The position numbers and the translations under genes were made by a program. Below, piece by piece: positions 39,377 to 52,459 of a stretch of 64,000 nt of DNA. The notes beneath the pieces are model-generated. The model was given only the letters and a program-made list of their open reading frames with translations. It was not told where the DNA came from and ran no database searches. Position 1 is the first letter of the stretch; every line of letters begins with the position of its first letter. This DNA comes from Lama guanicoe (taxonomy: Eukaryota): assembly GCA_013239625.1 (NCBI GenBank), contig MU054026.1:930001-994000 (forward strand), given 5' to 3'.

Positions 39377-41629
39377 CTTGAATATCTCAGCATTCTTAGA
39401 AACTTATACAAAATTTTAACAACATAATTTATAGACTGTAGAATGTGCTTTGAATTCAAACAGACCTACATTGAATTATTTCTCTGCCATTTCCAGGCCG
39501 TATATTATTAAACAAGTAACAATAATTGATCAAATATAAGAGACTCTCAAAGTTTCAAATGAGAAGATCCAAAAGAAGTTTTGAATTTGTAAACTGTTAC
39601 GTATTTGCTTATAGTATTTAATTCTAAATTTAGTTGTAGGTTTAAAAACATTTATTAAATAAAATTATGAAATGATTTTTATGTAGTGTTCTTTTCTCTT
39701 ATTCTATAAAAAATTTTTAAACTCTTCATAATTATCCTTGACACCAGTATTTATAAATAGAGCTATTTGTAAAGTCTTCAAACACTGCTTTCCAGATCTG
39801 GTGGGTAGCACAGTTTTGAATTTCTGAAAGATGCTCTCAGTGGAAGTTTTACTTCGAGTCTCAAGTAAGTTATATTTGCATAGCTTTAGTAAAGTTGATT
39901 TTTTTTCCCATTCACCTTGTAGAAACTTCTGTGATCCTAATGATTTACTGTATTGCTTTTTAAAATAGTCTTGTTATAAACCCTAAAACTTGGAATTGTG
40001 AAGTTGTACCCCAAGGAACCATTACTAAATTCATGTTAAATTTCCTGGCCTTAAAAAAAAATCTACTTTCATAAATATTTAACACCAGCTGTGACTGAAG
40101 TTTTTTCAAGCTATAGTGTCTTTCTCATAGGCTATTTTATTGTATAACAGTAAGGTAATTGGGAGAGTACTCCAAATTTTGAGTGAAATTGAAGTACTCA
40201 GCTATCAAGTTATTTCTTTTATAAGGGACAGTTTTATACTTGAGGATATGTGGAATTTACCCTCCTTTGGCATCAGTTTCACTTATAAAATGATGCTGCC
40301 TACATCTACAGATATAGAACTTTTGGATAACTAACTAAGATAACATGTAAAACACCTGGTATTGTATCTAGCACATTCTGCATTCTTTGTGCATTTTAGA
40401 ATTAACAATTATCATCAGAGAATACAGATGCCCAGATAACTTGCCCAAGGCAGTGTTTCTAAAATGAGAGCCTAGGCTTCCCAAATCTATATTCACTTTT
40501 CCCTTAGGTAAGCAATTAAAAACTGCTTTTTAAAAAATTTAATGTACTGTGGGTGAAAGTAAATCATTTCAGAGCTAGATCAATGAAACAAGTTATTTGT
40601 AGCTGATTAAAAAGATGAAAAAGAGATATGAATTGTCCAAATCTCTGACAAACGGGCATTTAAAAAAAAAAAGTCAATAACCAGGAAATTGTCCCAGAAA
40701 TGGGAAGGCGACTCAACGTATTAACACTTAATATTATCCAAGTTAGGATTTTGGTTTGCTAGTTGCTTGATTCTTATTAGAGTAAGGTTCGATTTTGTAA
40801 TACACAAAGCATCTGAATTTATTCTTTAAAACAAAAAGAAAATATTCATTAAATGAAATGAAATAAAATAGAGACTTTTTACTGGGAAGAGTTTTCTAAG
40901 CAAACTTTTAAATTAGCTGTCTGTGCTTCATATGTACTATTATTTACTTAAGGCATTTAAAAATTGACTTGTAATTCCAGGAGTAAATATATTTATAGGA
41001 GAATGTTATATCACTACTTTATAGCTTTATAAATATTTGGTATACTTGTTTCTAATAGAAATTAAATTCACTTGTTAAAATATGTACACAACTATTAAAA
41101 CATACAGATATTAAAATATACATTTATAATTATTTAAATGTGCTTCCTTTCTCTACTAGTTCACGTAGCACAGATAGAGAGTATGTGTTTGACAGACAGA
41201 GTCCAAAGCCTTAATTCTCAAGACTGACAATCATTCTGTTTCATATTATTATCCCAGTGGTATTTATCAGGAGGCTTTTATGTGAACTCTTTGCTATAGT
41301 CAGACAGAGGTCTTCATTTGCACCCACACATCCTCATAAAATGTTTCCTCATAAAATTTTTCAGGTATAACTTTGTGTTACACCTGAAAATCCTATCACA
41401 TTTTTTTTCAACTATAGCACTTCCTTGTTTTTCAGATTCAGTTTCATCACTACAGAGACCTTCCATACGACCCTACATTGTTTAACTCTCGTATTGTTCA
41501 GAGTTTTATGGCTCTTATTAAAAGACGAGGCATGAGAGAATTTCAGATGGCGATGAGAACCAAGAGGTCATGAAATTTATAGATGAGAATAATGAAGCCT
41601 CAGAGGGAAAAATGACATTTCCAGATAAG

Positions 41630-41807
41630 GAGCTCTGGTTTATTTTAGCTTTTGTTGCCTGTGTTTCTGGTGTTTTATCCAAGAAATTATTTCCAAGACA
41701 AATGTCAAGGAGCCTTCCTCTTATGTTTTCTTCTAGGAGTTTTACAGTTTCACTTTTTAAGGCTTTAATCCATGCTGAGTTAATTTTTGTGACTTGTGTG
41801 AGATAAG
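41630..41807 (-). mobile_element. Internal L1 ORF2 fragment without 3'UTR or poly(A)
   Basis: 'tttattttagcttttgttgcctgtg...atgttttcttctaggagttttacag...gtgagataag'; bounded by the direct repeat AGATAAG. Confidence 0.7.
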
Positions 41808-41809
41808 AA

Positions 41810-43280
41810 TCAGGACCCTACTCAAAAATTATGAAAAATCTATAGATCTTTTGTTTATGTGGATTATATATTAATGTTTCTACATTATAAAATAAAATCA
41901 ACTTTTAAATTGTTTGTTAATATTTTAATAATAATATAATAAACCACATTACATGTTAACATAAATAATGTTTATGAACCAAACTATAATTTCCAAGACA
42001 AAAATATTTGGTGAGAAGAGTGTCATTATTTTACATTTTTGCAGGTTCATGTGGTTTAACAGAAGACAGCTAGATTTTCATATTGCTTCTGCTGTGGGTA
42101 ATTTTATGTGTCAACCTGACTGAGCTTAGTAATGCCTGAGTGGTAAAACTTTATTTCTTGATACGTTGGTAAGGGTGTTTCTGGAAAAGATTACCATTTG
42201 AATTGGTAGACTGAGGAAAAAGTCACTCTCACCAAAGCAAGTGGGTATCATTCAATCACTTGGGAGCCTGAAAAGAATATAAAGGAAGAGGAAGGGTAAA
42301 TTTGTTTCTTTTCCTTGAGCTGGGACATCCATCTCCTGCCCTTAGACATGGGGCTGGGACTGGGACTTATGCCATAAGGTCTGCTGGTTCTCAGGCTTTC
42401 AGACTCAGACTGAATTACTCCACCAACTTGCCTGGTTCTCCAGCTTCCAGAGGGCAGAAATCTTGAATGCATTTTTATCAATGAGTTATTTTCAAAAATC
42501 TAACAATTATAATTTGGAAAACATTTATTTATTGATGAAAGTTAAATTTTTAAATATTGACACATTTCATTGTAAAATACCAAGAAGTCAGATTCATTAA
42601 TATCCCCACTGAAGTCATCAGAAAATCTTTAAGTATTAGAAAGTTGTCCAACGTCATGTGGTGAGTGCAGATTTTTCAAAATCTGCATTTTTGTTGGACA
42701 ATTTGTTGACACTGTCATTTGTTTTATTTGAAGTAACAAACCTATTCATTCATTTTTGAGAAAATATTTGTCATAAACCTAAGTCTGAATAAGCATATTT
42801 TTCCAGTAAGTTGTTATCACAGATAAAAAATAGTCTTCTATGAACAAAGTAGATGATTTAGTCTATCACTCAGTTGGACAAGTGCTTTTCCTGGAGACAA
42901 CCATCTAGCATCAGTATGAGACAGAGGTACTTCATGCACATTTATCATTTTCTCATACAGACTATTAAAGAGATATGTACTCAAGGGTAGAGATGTAATA
43001 AAATTAATAATTTCTGCAGATTTATCAAAGAGATTCTTAAAAGAAATTGGTGTATTTTTACTATAAGTGTGTAATGGTCAAGAATAAAATGACCACTAAT
43101 AGAATTTGTATCACCACCTTGATTTATATAAGGCACTAACAGCTTTACCTACCATAATTTCTGAACCATCAGTACAAATGTCAACAGTGAAAAAATGAGA
43201 ATACTGTTTTAGTTGTATTATAAAAATATCTTTGATATTAATACTCTGAACAGATTTTGGAGATCACCCAGTCAAGAACA
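41810..43280. mobile_element. Charlie1-like (hAT) DNA transposon fossil interrupted by MLT2
   Basis: Characteristic blocks 'tttggtgagaagagtgtcatt', 'agaagacagctagattttcat', 'tactcaagggtagag' and 'gaataaaatgaccactaatag'; homologous to 59520-60595. Confidence 0.75.
42093..42462 (+). mobile_element. MLT2 (ERVL) LTR, 3'-truncated
   Basis: 'tgtgggtaattttatgtgtcaacctgactg...gggtgtttctggaaaagattaccatttgaattggtagactgag'. Confidence 0.85.
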
Positions 43281-43774
43281 GTGTAGATTCTTCAGTCTTA
43301 GAAGTTTTAAGTTTTATCTATATTGAATCACCAATGTCACTAAGTTGGCCAAAATATTTTTCCCATGGCCAACAGCAGTGCCTGGAGTCACAGAAATTTT
43401 TCCTTTTTACTTTCAGAAAATAATCATCTATCTTCTTCTCTTAAATCCAGGAATGATACTTACTAGGGCCTCTTCTAACATGAGTTTCCCAAGTGTTTGT
43501 TTTCTATTCCACATCTGTGATTAACAACCTCTAATCTATGCTGCCAACTAAGTTAGGATGACCCACAGACTCATAAATTGACACGTAGCTAATGGTGATT
43601 ATTATCTTAACTGCAACTCTATTTTGTGGAGTTACTTCAGCTCTCAAATATTGAATCACTGCCTCAGAACTTTTCATATAAGTTTTGGAAATACTCGAGA
43701 GGTTTATGTTATTTCTAAATACATTTCTAAAAGCATTTTCTTCCTTTCCTTAAAAAAAAAACATTATTTATGAA

Positions 43775-44516
43775 GTGAGAGACACAAACCCACAGCCAAC
43801 ATAAAAATGGTGAAAAGTTGAAAGACTTCCCACTAAAATCTGGAACAAGACAAGGATGCCCACTCTCACCACTTCTATTCAACATAGTATTGGGAGCCCT
43901 AGGCATAGCAATCAGACAAGAAAAATAAATAAAAGAATCCAAATTGGAAGAGAAGAGGTAAAATTGTCACTATGTGTGAATGACATAATGCTATACATAG
44001 AAAACTCTAAAGATTTTTTGTGTTTCCACACAAAAAATTCCAGAGCTGGTAAAAGAATCTGGCAAGGTAGCATGATATGAAATTAACACACAGAAATCAG
44101 TTGCATTTTTTTATGCTAACAATGAAATACCAGAAAACAAAGTTTAAAAGAAGTCTCTTTTAAAATTCCATCAAAAAAATACTAAGGAATAAACCTGGCC
44201 AAGGAAGTGGAAGATTTATACATGGAGTCTACACAAAGAACTACAAAACATTGATTAAAGAAATTAAAGATGATTAAAAGAAGTAGAAATATATCCCATG
44301 CTCTTAGATTTGAATGATTAATATTGTTAAAATAGTCATACTAACCAAAGCAATCTATAGACTTAATATGATCCCTAATGAATTACTCATGAGATTTTTC
44401 ACAGCACTAGAACAAACAATCCCATCTACAGATGACTGGATAAAAAAAGTTATGATACACACACATACAGATACATACAGACACACACAAATACATATGC
44501 ACACATACATGTGTAT

Positions 44517-44564
<48 letters not shown>

Positions 44565-45050
44565 GTACAATGGAATACTACTCAGCCATTAAAAAGTATA
44601 AAATAATGCCATTTGCTGCAACATGAATGGAACTGGAGATTGTCATTCTAAGTGAAGTAAGCCAGAAAGAGAAGGAAAATACCATACGATATCACTTATA
44701 TGTAGAATCAAAAAAACAAAACAAAACACAAATGAACTTATTTACAAAACAGGAACAGACTCACAGTCATAGAAAACAAACTTATGGTTGTCAGGAGAAA
44801 AGTGAGGGGAGGGATAAATTGGGAGTTCGAGATTTGCAGATACTAACTACTATACATAAAATATATGAACAACAATATTCTACTGTATAGCACAGGGAAC
44901 TATATTCAATATCCTGTGGTAACCTATAATGAAAAAGACTATGGAAAAGAATATATGTATGTATATGTATGACTGAAACATTATGCTGTACACCAGAAAT
45001 TGACACAACTTTGTAAATGAACTATAATTCAATTTAAAAAATTAAAAAGA
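43775..45050 (+). mobile_element. 5'-truncated lineage-specific L1 with an internal deletion near 44421 and an expanded (CA)n
   Basis: RT region ([14 protein letters not shown]) runs to ELEQTI, then joins directly to PSTDDWIKK; 3'UTR and A-tail follow. Confidence 0.88.
44456..44562. repeat. (CA)n microsatellite inside L1
   Basis: Imperfect CA/TA run followed by a pure (CA) tract at about 44521-44562. Confidence 0.95.
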
Positions 45051-47580
45051 AAATATTAGAGAAAAGAAAGAAAAAACAAATATATATGCAAAGATAAGTA
45101 AAAATATTTTAGATATGAAGATAGGGAGAAATATATATGTGATTGGAAAGCGTGCTTGCTTCTAAAAAGGTGCTTAAGCTAAGAAAAAATAAAATCAGAA
45201 CACTTTCTTCAATAATCTCAATATCTTGGGAAAACCACTTATTTTGTCACCACTAAAACTAGCTCAATGATGCGGTAACTGTATAAATTCCTAACTGTAT
45301 TTGTATAGGCTGTCAACTTAACAGTTAATATAACAATGACAGTATTTTTTTGACATAAGTAGGCCAATTTCTCAGATAATTCTGGAGGCTGCATTGAGCT
45401 GTGTGATATAAATGACCCAATATGAGTTAAGATTTTTCACTCATTGTATTTTCTCGCTTGGGGAATTGTGGTTTTTAAAAAAATAATAAGCAGGAAAAGT
45501 ATATCTGTCATCAACTTCTTATTGGGATATTTTCCATTGTTTTGTCTCATTTTTGCAGATGAGAGTTACACTGCTAAACATGTTTGATTTTTTGAGGTTA
45601 ATTTGTGCTTTTATTTGCCAGTGTAACTTAACTACAACGATTTGCAAATCTTTCTGACCTAAAAATTTGATTTTATTTTTTAACAATTTTTTTTTCCTAT
45701 TTCCTTGAGATTCAAGGAGCAAGAGTTTCCATATGCAACCTGAAGAAAGAAGAGCGTAGGTAGAGATCCAGAGTTTATGGATCTTAACATTGGTTAACAT
45801 TTATTAACCTTCATTGAAATATTCTACACTTTATATTAAAATGCAATTCAGCTTTTTACCTAAAAAGATAACCAAAAGGGTGAAAAAGTGAACTGAAAAG
45901 GAGAAATAAAACTGACCCATAATTTAAACAATGTAATTTGCTTCTTGACATTTACAACATCAGTCATATCAATGTAGCCAAGCTCAACTCAGTTGCTTCT
46001 ATTTTCCAATGTGTCCTAGTCTACTTACGTATATTATCAATTATAATAATAATAGTATAACCAAAATGCCATCTTCCATATGCCTTTTGCTTTTAATACA
46101 TGAAAATGTCTTTGTGTTCATTATCGATCTTAATCCGTTGATGATTGATTCAATGAAGTAGGGAAAGTAGGATTTTTATTTTACAAATGAGAAAAATAAG
46201 AAACGTATAAATTACATGATACGCTTAAATTTATGTTCTGAGTACATAGTGAATCCAAGTAAAACATTATTTTTAGCTGAAAGTCCTTTTCTTCTACTTC
46301 CCTACTCCCCAGATTAACCTTTCTGTTTAACCACAGATCAGACTGTTAAATAAATACAAACACATTCCAAAACAATTTATTAGTAATAGAATATTTTTTA
46401 AAATTACCTTATTAGTGTCATATTTTATTTAAAGATTCAATTTTACTCTCTTTGCCTTCCTGTGCAAAATTGTAGCAAAAGTCATGTTTTATTATCCATA
46501 TTTTGTTCCTCCAAGTAATAGCTGATTATTTAGTATTCTTATCCAAATACTAAGGGAAATATTGAAGTTTAGGGAACTCTCCCTCCCCATTAGCATCCTC
46601 ACTGTTAACTTAGAGCTCTCAAAAATAATACATGTTTTAACCCTCAAGTTTTTATTGGTTTCCAACTCCTCCTTAGAACTGCTTGAGTTGATTCTAGTGC
46701 CAAATCAACTAGGAATATTACAAGTGTTTTTTTAACTGTGTATGTTATAGGAGGAGCAGCTATATGTAAAGTAAAATTTCATGTCTTGAGTTTAATTTTA
46801 CCCATAAAATCATCCTAATCAAATTTTCTAAGCTCTTTTTTCTGTGCTGCCCAACATAAATTCTCCATTTAAACTTAACTATTTTATATCTTGGTCCAAT
46901 GCACAGGATATAGACATTTTTAACCATTCTCCATAAATTGCCTGTATCCTTCTTCTCTATTTAAAACCTTATTTCATCTTTTACAACTAGTCCAAATCCC
47001 ACCAACTTCAGTAGCCCATTCTGACTTCTCAAAATCCAGTCATCTTTCTCATTTGGACTTTTTTTTCCCCTTTTTTTAAGAGGGTGGTCTCAGCTAGAGA
47101 AATAAATTTGTGGAACTTAAGCACAGTGATGCTACATAAAGTCATGGAACTGAATGAAAATTGAGTGAAGTTAGGAGGAAAAAAAAAGTCTGAGCACTGG
47201 TCACACAAAAAGGAACAAAAGGGGAAAAAAAGGAACCGAAAGGGTAAGAAGAAGAAAAATAGACAGAAAATCCAAAGTAGGAAAACAAAGCAAAACAAAC
47301 AAAAAGAAGCAAAAGAAGATAGTATTTCAAGGAGGAGGGAGTGATAAGCTGTGTCAAATACTGCTGACAAATCATGATTCACTTTTACTCCCATACTTTT
47401 TTTTTATTATTTGATAGAGGGAAATAAGAATAGAGATTAACCAAAAGGTTTCCTGATTTGTTTTCACATTTTTCTTAGGATAATTTGATAACTTCTGGGA
47501 AAACCCTCTCTCATATCCAAGCCCCTTTGTATTTCTCATTAGAAGCCCACAATTAGTACTTTTTCTCATACTGTCATATA

Positions 47581-49250
47581 CAGTTGACTTTGACCAGTTG
47601 GGACTGAACTGTGTTGGCCCACTTATACATGACTTTGTGTTTCAATAAATATATTAGAAATTTTTTTCAAGATCTGCAAAAATTTGAAAAAACTCACAGA
47701 TGAACCATGCATGTAGCCTAGAAATATTGAAAAAAATAAGAGAAATTTAAGTATGTCAAGAATGCAAAAAAATACATAGATACTAGTCTATTTTACTGTT
47801 TACTACTATGAAATATAGACAAATTTATTACAAAATTTTTAAATGTATCAAAACTTATGCACATAAACACAGACCACACGTGGGGCCATTTGTCATCAAG
47901 AGAAATGGAAACAAACATAAAGGTGCAGCATTAATTTATAACAGAATAAAATTAACTGTAATGCAGACTCTACCACTGTAGTAACTTTGAATCCACCTCC
48001 TGCTGCTCTTGCAGTGAGCTCAAGTGCTGTAAGTATCTGCTTAAAACACCACATGGCATTTGTCATTTCAACCTGAACACTTCATCTCTCCAGTAAATTG
48101 GGTATCGCTGCAAGATGTGATCTCTCATGGTTCTTATGTAATTTTTATGATGCTTAGTGCAATTCCACAAACCTTGAACAACACTAGGATGAAGGGCCAC
48201 TAATGAGGCAGGAAGTGCTCCCAACAAGCAGAAAGGAATCATGACATTATCTTTAAAAATTGAATTTCTTGATATGTATAGTATATTGAGGTCGGCAGCA
48301 GTGGTTGCCCCCCATTTCATAATAAATAAATCCAGCATAAGGACAATTGTGTAAAAGGGAAAAGGAAATTTGAGAAGTTGCTGTGGCAGCTGTGACAGCA
48401 GTTGCAAAAGCCTCACTTTACTTTTTGTGAAATGTCTTATTATCTCATCTTGAAAATCTAGCTTTTATGTGTATGCATGATTGCTCTAAGAAAGGTCTGC
48501 CTATAGACTCTAATATGATTTGAAAAAAGTGAAGATACTATGTGACAACATAAAGCAAAAAGGAAGGTGAAGGACCCAAAGCCAGAGAATGTAATGCCAG
48601 CAAAGTATGGTTTGATAATTATAGAAAGAGATTTGGCTTTAAAAATGTCAAGATAAGAGGAGAAGCTGCTTCTGCTGACCAAAATGCAGCACACACGTTC
48701 CCAGAAGCTATTAAGAAAATGAAGAGAAAAAGAATGTGAGAACGAATATATGTATATTCATGTGTGACTGAAGCACTGTGCTGTACACCAGAAATTGACA
48801 CAACGTTGTAAACTGACTATGACTCAATAAAAAAATTAAAAATTAAAAAAAAGAAAATGAAGACAAAAGATATCTGTCTGAATAGGGGGGTTTTCTGGCC
48901 ATATTATATAATAATTTATTCAGTTAAAATTGTTTATGCCTGAACAGGTTTTTAATATAGATGAATGTGCTCTATTCTGGGGAAAAAAAAATTCCACAAA
49001 GAACGTTAATTAACAAGGAAAAAAAGAGCGCACCAGGATTTAAGTCAGGAAGGAACAGGATAACGCTACTGATGTACGCAAATGCAGTCAGTTTTACAGT
49101 CAGAACTGCCTTTATCTTTAAAGCTTTTCATGCTTGTGCCTTTAGGGGAAAAGAAACACAACCTGTCAGTCTTGTGGTTGTACAAAAAGAAGGCCTGGAC
49201 AACGAGATTTCTTTTTCTGGATTGGTTCCATTTGTCCCCGTAAGGGACTG
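47581..49250 (+). mobile_element. Tigger2 DNA transposon, 5' half with degraded transposase
   Basis: Follows a TA target and starts CAGTTGAC..., then 'tttgaaaaaactcacagatgaacc'. Transposase remnants KRFGFKNVKIRGEAASADQ and APGFKSGRNRITLL. Confidence 0.9.
48726..48850 (+). mobile_element. 125-bp L1 3'-end insertion inside Tigger2
   Basis: Perfect 13-bp TSD AAGAAAATGAAGA at 48713-48725 and 48851-48863, preceded by TT (endonuclease site). L1 terminus plus A-tail. Confidence 0.92.
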
Positions 49251-49252
49251 AC

Positions 49253-52200
49253 TTTTTCCCCATTTTATTGAGATATAATTGACATAGAGTACTGTGTAAG
49301 TTTAAGGTGCACAGCATAATAATTTGACTTCCATACATCAAGAAGTGATTGTCACAATAAATTTAGTGAACACCCATCATTTCACATAGATACCAAATTT
49401 AAGAAATAAAAAAAAAATGTCCTTGTGATTAGAACTCTAGATTAGCATTTGCTGTATTCATGACTTCCATATACAGCATCCAGCAGTGTGAATTAAATTT
49501 ATCATGTTGTACATTACACCCCTAGTACTTATCTGTCTTATAACTGAAAGTTTGTGACTTTTGACTGCCTTCATTTATTCTCCCTCCCACTATGGTAACT
49601 GCTGGGACCTCTGGTAAGCCTCTAGTAAACATAAATTTGATCTCATTTTCTATGAGCTTGTTTGTTTGTTTGTTTTTGAAGTAAAACTGGCCTAAAACAC
49701 TATGTTAGTTTCTGTTGCACAATATAGTGATTGGATATTTCTGTACATTTCAAACTGATCACTAAGATAAGACTACTTACAATATATAAACATGCAAAGA
49801 TATTACATAGTTAACAATAATTCCAACACCATACATTGCCCACTTGTGATTCATTTAATTTGCAACTGGAGGTTTGTACCTCTTAGTCTCCCTCAACCTT
49901 TCTTTTTTCCCCAATCCCTTCCCCTCTGGCAACCACCTGATTGTACACTGCATCTAAAACTCAGTTTCTGTTTTATGTTTGATCACTGTTTTGTTGTTTT
50001 AGATTCTACATATAAATAAAATGATACACTACTTGTCATTCCTTGACTTATTTCACTTAGTCTAATTCTCTCTAGGTCCATCCATGCTGCTGAAAGTGGC
50101 AAGATTTTATTCTTTTTTATGACTGAGTGATATTCCATTATATATACTTATATAGCAAATTTTCCTTACCCATTCTTCTATTGATAGGCACTTAGGTTGC
50201 TTCCATATCTTGGTGTAAATAATACTGCAATGAACATAGGGAGCACATGTGTCTTTTTACAATGGTGTTTTTATTTTGTTCAGACAAATATGCCGGAGTG
50301 GAATCACTGGGTCATGCGATAGTTCTGCTTTTTATTTTCTGATGAAATGTCATATCATCTTCCATAGGGACTGCGCCAATTTACATCTCTGTCAACAGTG
50401 CAGAAGGGTTCCCTTTCGCCACATCCTTGGCAACACTTGCTGTTCGTCTTTTTGATAACAGTCATTCTGACAGGTGTGAGGCCATAGCTCACTGTGGTTT
50501 TGATTTGCATTTTCCTGACGATTAATGATGCTGAAAATATTTAATTTGCCTTTTGGCCATCTGTAAGTCTTCCACAGAAAAACTTCTGTTCAGAGTCTCT
50601 TCCCATTTTTAATCGGGTTGTTTGGCTTTTCTGATGTTGAGTTATATGATTCTTTACGTATTTTGAATACTAACCCCTTATCTGATCTGTCACTTGCAAA
50701 TATCTTCTCCCATTCAGGAGATGTCCTCTTTATTTTGTTGAAAATTTCCTTAGCTATGCAAAATATTTTTATTTTGATGTAGTCTCATTGTTTACTTTTG
50801 CATTTGTTTTTCTTGCCTATAGAGACACATTTTAAAACATGTATAACTAAGACCATTGTCCAAGAGCATACTGCATATATTTTCTTCTAGAAGTTTTATG
50901 GTTTCGAGTATTACATTTTGGTCTTTAAGCCATTTACATTTATTTTTGTGCATGGTATGAGAGAGTTTTCCAGTTTGATTCCTTTGCATGATTGCTTTTC
51001 AGTTTCCCAGCAACATTTATTGAGCAGGCTGTCTTTTCCCCATTGTATATTCTTGCCTCCTTTGTCATATGTTAATTGACCATATAAGTTTGGGTTCATT
51101 TCTGGGCTCTCTGTTTTGTTCCATTGATCTATGTGTCTGTTTCTGTGACAGTACCATATTCTTTTGATGACTGTAGCTTTGATGTATAGTTTAGAACCAG
51201 GGAGCATGACACCTCTAGCTTTGTTCTTTCTCTAGATGGTTTGGGCTACCCAGAGTCTTTGTGTTTCCATACAAATTTTAAATTATTTGCTCTAGTTCTG
51301 TGAAAAATGCCATAGGTGCTTCGATAGAGATTGCACTGAATATATAGACTGATCTGGGAATTATTTTCATTTTAACAGTATCGAGTTTTCCAATACATTA
51401 ACACCAGAATATCTTTCCATCTGTTTGTATTGTCTTCAATGGCTTTTATCAGTATCTTACAGTTTTCTGACTAAGGGTCTTTTGCCTCATTGGTTAGATT
51501 TACACCTAGGTATTTTATTACTTTTGAGACAATTGTAAATGTATTATTTTCTCAATTCCTGTTTGATATTTTGTTGTAAGTGTATAGAATTGCAACAAAT
51601 TGCTGTACATTAATTTTGTATCCAGAAATTTTACTGAATTCTTTGATAAGTTCTAATAGTTTTTTGTTGGTGTCTTTTGAATTTTCCATATATAATATAT
51701 TGCCATCTCAAATAATGGCAGTTTTAATTCCTCATTTCCAATTCGGATTTTTTTTTATTTTCTCTAATTGCCATGGTTATGATTTCCAATACTATGTTGA
51801 ATAAAAGTGGCAAGAGTGGACATCTTTGTCTTGCTCCTGATCATAGAGGCAATGCTTTCAGCTTTTCACCTTTGAGTGTGATGTTAGTAGTGAGCTTACC
51901 ATATATGGCCTTTATTATGTTGAGGTATGTTGCCTCTATACTCACTTTCTGGAGAGTTTTTATTATGAATTGATTTTGAATTTTGTCAAAAGCTTTTTCC
52001 ACAGCTATTGAAATAATCATAAAAATTTATCCTTCTTTTTGTTAATGTGGTATATCACATTGATTGATTTGTGGATATTGAAAAATTCTTGCATTCCTGA
52101 GATAAATCCCATTTAATAATGGTGTATAATCCTTTTAATGTATTGTGGAATTCAGTTTGCTGATATTTTGATGTTATCTGGTCCTGGACTTTTGTTTTTA

Positions 52201-52448
52201 GAGAATTGACTTATTACTGATTCAAATTCATTACTGGTAATTTGTCTATTCATATTAGCTATTTTTCTCTGGCCCAGTCTTGAGAGATCATATCTTTTTC
52301 GGAATTTGTCTATTTCTCCTGCGTTGTCCATTTTATTAGAATATAATTGTGTATAGTAATCTCTTATTATCATCTGTATTTATTTGGATTGGTTGTAACT
52401 TATTTTTCACTCCTAATTTTATTAATTTGAGCTCTCTTTTTCTTTTTT
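49253..52448 (-). mobile_element. Older LINE-1 (L1MA9-like 3'UTR), 5'-truncated
   Basis: Tail 'ttttattgagatataattgacatag...taagtttaaggtgcacagcataat'. Fragmented ORF2 ([10 protein letters not shown]...DQWNK; IIRDYYTQLYSNKMDN...KSPGPD). Confidence 0.85.
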
Positions 52449-52459
52449 ACAGGGATGGA

